Below are positions 31,608 through 42,100 of a stretch of 64,000 nucleotides of DNA, piece by piece. The stretch lies in the NCBI GenBank assembly GCA_044229845.1, contig JBGASG010000002.1:288001-352000 (forward strand), given 5' to 3'. The translations under genes were made by a program, and so were the position numbers. The first letter of the stretch is position 1. Each line of letters begins with the position of its first letter. The notes under the pieces are model-generated. The model was not told where the DNA came from and did no database searches. It worked only from the letters and a program-made list of their open reading frames with translations. This DNA is from Candidatus Obscuribacteraceae bacterium (lineage in GTDB: Bacteria; Cyanobacteriota; Vampirovibrionia; Obscuribacterales; Obscuribacteraceae).

Positions 31608-32786
31608 ATGCCGTCAACAAAAACACCACAAAAGAAACGTCGCAAACTGGAATCGCCGAAGTTGTCCGCGCCAAGGTCAGAATTCAGGGCCGGTCTGCCC
31701 CCCATCACTACCCGCCAGGAACGCATCGCCACAATGCTTTCGGTTCTGCCTGGCTTGGGTCAGATGTACAACGGCGAAGTGGGCAAAGGCTTTCTGTTTC
31801 TTGCGGTCACGCTGACCAACATAGCTTTCTGCTTGCTGCTGATTTTTCCTAATCACGTCACCCAGTTCATGGGCAATATCGCTCTGTCGCTAGGCGTTCA
31901 TCCCAAGTGGGATTTGAAGGCTGCTGCTGAGATTGCCCGCGAAGGCGCCCCGGCACTGTTTATCTACGTGGCCTGCCTGATTGCCTTCAGTGTTTACTCG
32001 ATCCGTGATGCGCAATCCAAGGCATTGCAGCGGCTACGAGGCGCGAGGCACCATCGTTTTCAGTTGACCATGTCGGAAGCGACCAGCGGCTCATTTCTTG
32101 GTCACTATCTGGCACTGGTGCTGTCGCTCGGCATGATTGTGTTTTTCGTGGCGCCACCAGGTCCGGTGAAACAAATCACGGACATTGAACTGGTGCCGCC
32201 GGCTCCTGAGCCTCCGCCACCCAAGCCAAAGACTCCCGATCCGCCCAAGCCTAAAGAGCAGCCGGTGAAGGTCGAGCAGCCAAAACCTCAACCGAAGAAA
32301 CCAGAACCGCCGAAGCCGACTCCGGTCGCAATTGCGGTAAAGACCGACACACCTACGCCTGACCCGGTTGTTCAGTCAGACACGCCGGCACCATCTCCCC
32401 AACCAGACCCAACTCCGTCCACCCCAGGTCCTGCCGGCGGCGGTGGCGGCGGCACTTCGGATGGAGGCGGCGGCGGTGACGGCATCGATTTCGGACCCTA
32501 CCTGTCTGAGATGCAGCGCCGCATCAAGCGGGCATGGTTCCCCCCCAAAGGTAATGAGTCGAAGAAGATCGTGATGAAGTTCACGATCCACAAAGACGGG
32601 TCGGTGACCGACATTCGCTTGTCGCGCTCATCCGGACTGCAAATTGCAGATGAAGCTGCGATGACTGCGATTCAGAACGCAGGATTGCCACCACTGCCAC
32701 CCGGCACAGATGATCAGGTGCAGGTGAAGTTTACCTTCGACTATAACGTGTTCAACGGAACCGGCGGCGGCGCTTCAGTTCGCTAA
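31608..32786 (+). CDS. Multi-TM protein with proline-rich linker and TonB/TolA C-terminal domain
   Basis: LSVLPGLGQMYNG..KG TM motif; PEPPPPKPK linker; YL..MQRRIKRAW.PP, SSG...DEAA..AI, FTFDY. Confidence 0.85.
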   Translation: MPSTKTPQKKRRKLESPKLSAPRSEFRAGLPPITTRQERIATMLSVLPGLGQMYNGEVGKGFLFLAVTLTNIAFCLLLIFPNHVTQFMGNIALSLGVHPKWDLKAAAEIAREGAPALFIYVACLIAFSVYSIRDAQSKALQRLRGARHHRFQLTMSEATSGSFLGHYLALVLSLGMIVFFVAPPGPVKQITDIELVPPAPEPPPPKPKTPDPPKPKEQPVKVEQPKPQPKKPEPPKPTPVAIAVKTDTPTPDPVVQSDTPAPSPQPDPTPSTPGPAGGGGGGTSDGGGGGDGIDFGPYLSEMQRRIKRAWFPPKGNESKKIVMKFTIHKDGSVTDIRLSRSSGLQIADEAAMTAIQNAGLPPLPPGTDDQVQVKFTFDYNVFNGTGGGASVR

Positions 32787-32839
32787 GCGTCAGGAAGCTC
32801 ACGCTGCACGGCAGCGTTTCTTCGCTGAGCTGGCAGGAT

Positions 32840-33370
32840 CTAGCTTGAAGGATCTCTGCTGGCAAGAGTGCGTTGTGCGCGCTCAGCAGCGGACTTCACG
32901 AGCGCCAGGCGTTGTTTGACTTTAGCTTTCGTGAATTGGTTGACGAACATCTGCGGCAGACCGGTGTCTACGAAATTGGTCAACTGCAGCTCGGTGGTGT
33001 TGTTGTCGACCGGCTTCAAGACCCAGCTTCCAGACATGTCTTTGAACTTATCAGACTTCACCATGTGATAGTCGATGCGTTGATGGGGCACTTCATTTGA
33101 CTGAAACAAAACTGTTGCAGTACCGATGACAGGCAGTTTGCTGAACTTTTGTTCAAGCATCGAAGTGTTACCACTGCGAGACAGAACTTTACTGTAGATG
33201 AGATCTGGATCAGTGCTCCGTTGATCGGCTACAGCCTGCCATACCACTTTAGGTGGGGCCTCGATGATGATCGAACTGGAAACACCTTTGGATTTTGCAT
33301 GTGATTCCAGAGTCATGGCCGGCATGAAGCTCACAGCCATACCGATGGAAAGCGCAAGGAGACTCCGCAT
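32840..33370 (-). CDS. Secreted SRPBCC/START (polyketide cyclase-like) protein
   Basis: Signal peptide; I.APP..VW, RIDYHM...FK..SGSW.L.P pattern. Confidence 0.8.
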   Translation of the reverse strand: MRSLLALSIGMAVSFMPAMTLESHAKSKGVSSSIIIEAPPKVVWQAVADQRSTDPDLIYSKVLSRSGNTSMLEQKFSKLPVIGTATVLFQSNEVPHQRIDYHMVKSDKFKDMSGSWVLKPVDNNTTELQLTNFVDTGLPQMFVNQFTKAKVKQRLALVKSAAERAQRTLASRDPSS

Positions 33371-33535
33371 TGATACCTACCTCTGGCATTTCGCCGCCAG
33401 ACACACAACCGCTTACGTAGGTCTTTTGACGTAGTGGTCGTTTTCGTGTTCCAAACGGTGCAAAAGGATATACAAAGGGCGCCAAATTCACCTGACTCAT
33501 CTATAATTACAACTGGGCTGTTAAGGAATTTAATC

Positions 33536-34228
33536 GTGCGATTCGCCATAGGCCTTGTGGTCGCAGGTTTACTGTTGATGTGTTCGATTGCCGTTGCACC
33601 GGCGGTGCAGGCGGCAAACCCTGAAATTGCCACCAGTGTGCCGCATGTCACTGCCAGCGCCTCATCACTTCTCGAAGAGATGGAGACACATGCCTCCACA
33701 TTGAATGAATACAAATACGAGTGTGAAATCACCAGCCAGAAAGGCAGCAAGACCATCAAAGAGCAGGGGACTTTCTACTTTAAGAAACCCAATTCGATTC
33801 GCGTCGACGTCACCGCTGGACCAAAGAATGGCTCAGTCGCCGTACTGCGACCAGATGGTAAAGTGCGTGGACATATGGGTGGTTTGCTGAAGTATTTCAC
33901 GGGCACTGTTTCCGCTGATTCTTCTTTGCTGACCAGCACCACCGGTTTCTCACTGGTGCGCTCCGACTATAGAACACTGGCCACCGAACTGCGCAAGTAT
34001 GTGCGCCAGGGCTGGACCGCCGACGTGGAACGCACCGCCAGTGGTGGCAACTACGTCTTACAAATGAAGTCGCCGGAAGGCAAATTGGGCAAACGGATCA
34101 CGGTCGACGAAAAAACATACTTGCCTCTCGAGTGGGAAAACACATCGGGCGGTAAGTCCATCTCAGTATGCAAGTTCCGCAACGTCGTCGTCAATCCTGG
34201 TTTCTCCTCGACGCTTTTCAAAATTTAG
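33536..34228 (+). CDS. LolA-like periplasmic carrier/sorting protein
   Basis: Signal peptide; G.FYFKKPN.IR, VDEKTYLP, F.NV.VNPG...LF; GTG start after AAGGA. Confidence 0.75.
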   Translation: MRFAIGLVVAGLLLMCSIAVAPAVQAANPEIATSVPHVTASASSLLEEMETHASTLNEYKYECEITSQKGSKTIKEQGTFYFKKPNSIRVDVTAGPKNGSVAVLRPDGKVRGHMGGLLKYFTGTVSADSSLLTSTTGFSLVRSDYRTLATELRKYVRQGWTADVERTASGGNYVLQMKSPEGKLGKRITVDEKTYLPLEWENTSGGKSISVCKFRNVVVNPGFSSTLFKI

Positions 34229-34243
34229 TTCCCAGTCCCAGAC

Positions 34244-37200
34244 CTAGGGTCTGCTCAGCTGCGCCTCGTCCGGATTGAGCATGACGCATAATGCCGTGGC
34301 ATAACGTTCGTTGACGCGCGTCGCCACCGGGCAGCGATATGGCTGTGCACCATACTGCGTGTTGATCGTCGTTGCAACTATTGCTTCACCGCCGGCCGCA
34401 TCAAATTTTTCAACCACAAATCCATTGCGGAAGGCGCCCTGAAAACCGGTTCCCAACGCCTTCGCCAGGGCTTCCTTGGCACACCATAGTTGTGCCACCA
34501 GTCGATCGCGGTCGACGCCGGTGACTGCGGAAAACAAATTTTGCTCCCCTTCGGAAAAGGCAAATTCAATAAATTCTTGATCGCGCGGCGCAATCGTCTG
34601 TAAATCGACACCGATCGGATATTCCGAATTGATGGCTACCGCGACGGCGACATCATCAGAGTGGGCAATCGAAATCCAGGGCGCCCAGCCCAGCACCTGA
34701 GCCAGCAAGGGTGAAATCACCGGACGCCCGCTTTCGTCATAGACGATCTCGACATCTTGATCCAGAAGACGCACCCCGCTGTGCCGCATCACCAGTTTGC
34801 GCACAGCTTCCTTGGCGGCGATGCGTCCGAGCAGCCACTGCGCTTTGCGCTGTTCCTCGCGCGCATGGGCACGCCAGAGGGCGCGTTCCGGCTCGGTAAG
34901 CAGATAATCGGCACACCAATCGACAACCACGGGGTCGGCTGAAAGAACGCTCTGCTCGCAGATTGCCGCCTCGCCATAGGAAGGGAGCGACATGTGCGAC
35001 AGCAATTCCGGAGCCGGTTGCGAAAACGACTGACTGGACGGGTCGTGTACAAAGTTGAGCCAGTTCTCGTCCAGAGCTATGCGCCGGCTGCTGATGTTGT
35101 TGAGGCGCAAGAGTAAGTTGCCGTCGTCGTTTGCGACCTCGACCGAAGCTTGAGTACCGCGCTCGGTTATGGCATGCAACTGCGCGCGTCCAAAAACTAG
35201 GTCCTGCAAATTGGGATACGCGAAGAACTCGATCGACTCTATATGAAAGGGCAAGAGCGCGATCACGGGCACCGGCTGTTCGAACAAATGGAATAACACC
35301 AGCTGACTGGCATTGTCCAGCAGCAATGGATTGAGAAGGAAGAGCGGTGACTGCAGCGAGCCAAACCACCCTTGCGGTTGGCGATCTGTGACCTCGCCGG
35401 TGATGGCGCGCGGAGCAACCGCAGTCAGGCGGCTAACCGCCTGCATACGCGGCCCGTGAAACATTGTGTACGGCGTATAAAGATCCGCGCCGGACAGGTG
35501 CGCGGCTCGCGCCTCCGGCAGCGCAGTAGTGGTGGCGTGCGGCAAGGGCGGATAGCCGTCTGCAAAGACTACATCGCAACTCATCATGGCATCTGCGGTC
35601 TCATCGTTTCCACGCCAGAGTTGCACCTGCACACGGTTTTGGGCGGCGAGAGTAGCAATGGCGCGCACGGCAAATCCCTCGGCGCCCACACGAATTCGTT
35701 CGCTGGCCCGCACGTTCTCCACTTTTACCACCGCTTTGTTGGTGCAGAGCATGGAGGCTGCCTCAGCCATAATCTCCAGTGCCACCATCAAAGGCAGCAG
35801 GTGCACTCGCTCACCGAATCCGAACAACTGCCTGACCGTGCCGCCGATGGCGTGGTCAAGCAAATACTGGTCCTCATTTAGTGTAAGCAGGTAGAGGACA
35901 TCGATCTGTCCCTCCGCCAACTGGCGAATGGTGCCCCGCAAAAACGGCAACCCCGACGACTCGACCTGTCCGCCGGTCTGTCCCATGTAAGCGTGGAAAA
36001 CCTGTCCTTGCACAGACATCAGTTGCTGATGAAAGCCCGCCATTGTCTGCAAATACTGCGCAACGGCCTCCGACCCACCGGCACTGACCGGCAACGACTC
36101 GGCGGCATATCCGGCCGGCGCGGCAGCGGCGTATCCGGTCTGGGGCTCGGCGTACGCCACCGTTGACGGTGCCGGCTGCGAGTAGACATGCGCTGCCAGT
36201 TTGGCGGCCATCCCCTGAGTAAACTGCGGATCTAGTTTCAGTTCGGGATACTTCAAGTCCAGCTTCTGCGGGCGCGAAGGCGGCGCCGCCACAGCTGAGA
36301 GGTCCAGCGAGTGCGGTGCCCGCTTACTGTAAAGGTTGAGCAGATTCATGTGCACGCCCTGCACGAACAGCTGTGCGAGCAGATGATGTATCTGCGTCAC
36401 GGCCGGGCGTCCGGCAAGATTGGAGGCGACCGCCACGTGTACTTTGTCGGCAAGAATGTCGCCGACCAGAGTAGTCAATCCCCCTTTCGGTCCGACTTCC
36501 ACGAAGACGCGTACACCCTCGGCGTACATACGCTCAATCGTTTCTCTCAGTTTGATCGGCTTCGAGAATAGCTCCGTGGTGATGCGGCGAATCGCCTCCG
36601 GATCGCGCGGCATCTCGCCGCCAGTGGAGCACAGCCAGGCGGTCTTGCTGGGCGCAGTGAAAGCCAGTTCACGAAACTCTTTCTGGCTGGTATCAATAGA
36701 ATCTTTAACCAGCTCGGTATGGTACGGAATGGCAATCGGCAAGAAGTGGAAGTCCACTGAATTCTGCTTCAGCACTTCGGCGCATCGTTTCATCGCCTCT
36801 TCCGAACCGGTCAAAATCACGTGCTGCGGTGCCAGATATGAAGACAGAAAGACGGGATTGGGAATCTGCATGAGCAGCGGCTCAACCGCTTCGTAGTCGG
36901 CAAACACACGCATGCTGCGCAGTTCTTCCAGTCGCTCTTCGGGCACCGCCTGAGCACGTCGATGCTGCCCGACATAGTAATCGCCGCGAACTCGCCGGTG
37001 CTGCAACCGAGCAAGATATCCGGCTCGATTTCGAGGCTGCGCAGAAGCTCCGACAGAGCAAATTCGACCATCAAAACAGTGACGACGGCGGCATCCATTT
37101 TGGCCAGAGCCCCGGGGTCATCGCCGGAGGCCGTGCGCGGGAAGATTTTGGTGCTGGGCAGTTCGAGCTCGCCATTTTGCACAGCCAGGAAGTCGACATA

Positions 37201-39078
37201 ATCGAATACTTCGCGCACGTCAGGAAACTGCGCACACAGGTCGGCCAGCATGTTGGTGTAGGCGGAACCAAGACCGGGCAGGAGAAACGCCATCTTGCCC
37301 CGCGTGGCACTCTCAGGATTACGATAGTAAATGCCTGTCAGGTTGCCGTCCAAGCGCGGGCTGCGCTTGCTCAGCTCTTCAGCGAGCGCTGAGAGTTTCT
37401 GCAGAATGTCCTCGCGCGACCTGACGATCAATGCAGCACGATGCTGCATCTTTTCGTTGGGCTCGACAAAGTTCCACGAAAACGCCAGGTCCTTCAGGTC
37501 GACATTCTCGTGTGCCTCTACATAGCACCAGAGGTCGTGCGCCTTGCGACTGAGCGCTTCCGGAGAGTCTGCATTGAGAACAATCAATTCCGAATCCCAG
37601 GCATGCAGTTTCGACTGAAACTGATAGCTGGCTCGCTTGTCGTCTGGAGCTTCTTCGAGCACCACGTGGGCATTGATACCGCCAAATCCAAAAGCGCTGA
37701 CGGCCGCACGCCGCGGCTGGGCTTTCGTGTCCCAGGCAGCCGGATGGATCCAGGGACGCGTGCGGCTGTTGATATAACAAGGATGGCGATCCCAGCCGAC
37801 CTTGGCCAGCGGTTTCTCAACATGCAACGTCGGCGGCAACACTTTTTCATGGAGAGCCAGCGCCGTCTTGATCAAGCCCGCCGCCCCACTGGCTGCCTGG
37901 CAGTGACCGATCATCGACTTCACAGAACCCAGGGCACACCAGGAGCCTTTCGCTTCACCGCGCCACGCCTGCGCGATCGCTTGCAGTTCAGCCAGGTCAC
38001 CAGCAGTGGTGCCGGTGCCGTGCGCCTCCAGAAGAGCGATGCTGGATGGCGAAACTTGCGCCATCTCCAATGCCCGCTCGATTGCCAGCGCCTCGCCGTC
38101 CACAGAGGGAGCCAGCACGCTGGTGCCGGCGCCGTCGCTCGATGACCCGACCCCGATGATCGTGGCATATATGCGATCGCCGTCGGCAATGGCATCCTGC
38201 AACCGTTTCATCACCAGAATTCCGGCTCCTTCGCCGAGCAAGGTGCCATCGGCACGCTCATCGAAGGGGCGCAGCACGCCGGCGCGCGAAACGGCTCCCA
38301 GCCCACAGAACATCTGAAAGAAATATGCGCACGAGTTGATGTGAATGCCGCCGGCGACGACAAGATCCGCCTGCAATGAAAGCAAGTCGCGCACACCCAT
38401 TTCGACGGCTATCAAAGATGACGCGCATGCGGCATCCAGGACCAGGTTTCGTCCCTGAAAACCGAGCTTGCTGGCGATACGCCCGGCAATGACGTTCGGC
38501 ATGACACCGGGAATGGTGTCGGCATTGCACTGCTTGAGGCTGGCTCGCAGAGCCAATTCGATCTGGTGCAGATCATCACGGCTGTACTGGGGGCAGAGGG
38601 CATGCAAGGCATCCAGCACTTGCGCCACGGTCTGACCGTTCTGAATCAGGTTCATGGCGCCGACAGATGGTGCCATCGTCCGCCCCAGTATCACCTGAGC
38701 CTTTTCACGCTCGAATTCGCGCGTGGCATAACCGGCATCGGCCATGGCATCCAGAGCCAGTCGCAAAGCCAGCAGCTGATCAGGATCGGTGCCCGGAATG
38801 CTGTTCGGCATGACGCCGTACTTCAATGGATCGAAATCAGCGTACTCGGTGATGAAACCGGCCCGCGTCATATAGGAATGCTGAAACGCTCTCTCCGGAG
38901 GCGGCGGAGCGGACAATCCGGCGGAGTTCTGACCGTAGCGCGACGCGTCCCACTCATTGGGCGACACATCGCGAATAGAATCGACCCCGTTGACCAGGTT
39001 AGCCCAGTAACGCGTCAGGTCGGCCGCGCCTGGAAACAGTGCGGACATCCCGATGATCGCAACCGCCGGTCTAGTCAC
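34244..39078 (-). pseudogene. Type I PKS KS-AT-DH-PPTase, interrupted by a frameshift at ~36950 (ORFs 36817-39078 and 34244-37006)
   Basis: KS: DAACASS, EAHGTGT, IGHCQAASG. AT: GCSTGE then PYHT in the second frame. DH: LDHAIGG..LLP, LLDNASQ. Sfp-type PPTase: GRIAAKEA, SIAHS, GVD, WCAKEA. Confidence 0.85.
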
Positions 39079-39108
39079 AGGAGGTCTCCCGCAACTCGGC
39101 CGGGCTTA

Positions 39109-42100
39109 TCATTGGCTTGACCCCGACCTTAGAGCTTTGGGTTGGGAAGCGAAACGATTCAACGACTTGTTGCCGATGCCGCCCAGTCCTTCCACTACCA
39201 TCACCAGCTGATTCTGCTCGTTGTAGATAGCCAGATCGCAGAGCAGTTCGGTCTTGCCGGTATCCGGCGGAATAAAGACGCGACCAGTGAACGTGGTGCC
39301 CAGCGGTGCCTTGAAGTAGTGCAGCGCTTTGAAGCCGGTCGGTAACACTGTGATGTCGAGGTAGTGGCGAGCCCACACGCCGGCTAACTGCATAGCGCTG
39401 TCGAAGAGGATCGGATCGATCACCCACTCGGTCGCGCCAGGAGTCTGCAAGCATTCAGCAGGAGCGGATGGCGCCAGCGAGCCGACGATGCCGTCGATGC
39501 CGAGCGCGGACAATCCGGTGATGCCCTGGAATGCCGGTCCGTGGAACATGTAGTTGGTGTAGATGTGCTTCACCGTGGGCGGAGTCGCCTCCGCCTGTTC
39601 CAGAGTCGGTGCGTGAAAGGCGACCGGTACGGAAGTGGTGGCACCGGTAACTGTCGTGCCGCTGGTTTGCGACGGCGACGCACCCAACTCAATCAATGAC
39701 TTGAAGTGCACTTTGCCGGAGGCATTGCTGACGGAAACCCGCGCCAGCACCACCTGATTGGCGTGGCTCTCGGCAGTCACTTTGACGACCATCTTTTTGC
39801 TGGCAGTGTCAAAGACCAGCCCGGACGGAATATCCATTTCGGTGATGCGACGCAGCGTCATCCCGGGGAAGGTGGCGATGGCGGCTTCAGACATCAATTC
39901 CAGCGCAAATGCCATAGGCAGCACCGGCACTCCGTCGAACTTGTGGTCGTCGAGATAGCGGTCTTCGCCTGTGGACAGCGTCACTTCAAACTCAGCTTCA
40001 CCGGGTTGCGCACGGCGCACCTGGGCTTGACCGAGGCGCGCTCCCGCAGCCTTGACGGATGAGGCATCCAGCAGTTCACCACCACTGCCACCGCCGGTGT
40101 CGGACAGCTTGCCGACCAGCATTACTTCCGCATCGGATTTCTTGCCGTGCTGCAATTCTTCTATAAAGGAACGGCGGCCGTCGCCAACTTCGATCATCGC
40201 CCAGCCGTAGCGGGCAAATATTTCTTCCAGCTCCGGTTGCGCCATGCCGGCTTTCCACGGTCCCCACAGAAGTGAGGCGACGCGAGCATCGGTGGTCTGG
40301 TTCAGTTGTTGAGCCAGCTTGTTGAGGACTTCGTTGGCGGAGACGTAGTCGGATTGACCGGCGTTGCCTGTGCGTCCGACGATGGAGGAGAAGAAAGTGA
40401 GAAACTTCAGAGTGTCGAAGCGCAAGGCGGATGCCAGTGAGAACGCGCTGTTGACCTTGGTGAAGAAGACCCGATCAAACGACTCGACGGTCTTATCTTT
40501 GATATACGCATCTTCGATGATGCCGGCACCGTGTACGACACCATCGATGTTGCCGAACGATTCGTAGAGATTGCCAATGAATTCAGTAAACGCTTTCCGG
40601 TCGCGCACATCCACCGAGTTGTACATGACGGAGGCGCCCGCCTTGCGGATGCGAGCCAGGTTGTTGCGCACTTCGCGCTCGCGCATCAACTGCTGGTAGA
40701 TCGTCTCGACGCCGGCTACCGATACCGGTTTGCCCTGCGCCTTCAGTTTCTCCATGATGGCGGCTTTCACTTCGCGTGCCGTCTGGAAAGCAGCAGTAGA
40801 AGCATCTTCTTCGTCGACAGGCTTAGGCAGTCTGCCCACCAGAATGATCTGCGGCTGGTACTTTTCTGCCAGTTCAACCGCGATTTCCGCGGTGATACCG
40901 CGAGCACCACCGGTGATCAGAATTACGGACGACTTGTCCAGTTTCATGCCGCTGGTCAACTTTGTATCGACAGGAACCGCGACGATGTCCAATCCAAGAC
41001 GCTGCTCGCCTTGATAAGCAATTTCCACGACATCGCAATCGTGAGTCAATTCTTTCAGAATCAACTCAGCTCGCTGAGCCGGCTTCACCGCCGATTGAAA
41101 GTCCACGCATCGCACTTGCAGGTGCGCCCACTCTTTCTTGAATGTCTTGGTCAATCCCACGACGGCCGCCGAGACCGGCAGCGTGCTCGGTGACTCTTTG
41201 ACGCCGTCGAATCCAAAGGCGCCGCCCAGATCCACGGCTGAGACAACCGCGACACGCTGCTTGCTGCCGCTGAAATGCGGATGCAATGCTTTGCCCAGCA
41301 GGAAGAGCGAACGCACCGCCTGAGCCGACTTCTCGACGTCGTCACCGTCCACGTCCAACGCGGACAGATGAACAATCGCATCAATGGGAGCTTTCACCCC
41401 TGTCAGTTTCTTCTGCAGCGTTTCGGCACTGGCAAAGTCTTCGGACTTCAGCAAAGTGACGCTGGCGCCTTCGGTCTTCAGTTTCGAAGAAACTTTCTCA
41501 GCCAGCCCTTTGCCATCACCGATCACGATCGCCGAGGTGATCTTCGCGGGCTTTCCCTCGAGAGACACCGCTATCAGTTGCACTTGTCCGCGGCTCACTT
41601 CTTTGGCGAGCGTCGGTCCGGCTTCTGTCGATGCAACATTTGATGAGTTGATAGGGGAGGAAACGGTTCCGGCTGCGGCAGTTGCGTCGGTTGCAGCCGT
41701 GGCTTGGGCGGCTGGACCACCGCCACCGATATTTTCGCTCTTAATCCAATCGATGATGCCTTGCAGGGTTTTGGTGCCGGCGAGTTGCTCCAGGCTGCCC
41801 TCTAAGTGATCTTGCGTCGATTGAGGCAACAGCTTGCGGAAGCTGTTGAGAATTTCGACTCGCTTAATAGAATCGATGCCCAGATCGGCCTCCAGATCCA
41901 GTGCGGGATCGAGCATTTCCGGTGGGTAGCCGGTGCGTTGACTGACAATTTCCAGAAGTCCGGCAATCAGCTGCTCGGCGTTCATAGATTGGTCAGCAGC
42001 TTCATTGGACGGATCGCCACCATTGTTGCCGTGGTTGTGCGCATGGGGATCGCTGCCGTTACCGGAAGCGGCATAGCCGCTCGGGTCATGTCCGTTGGAG

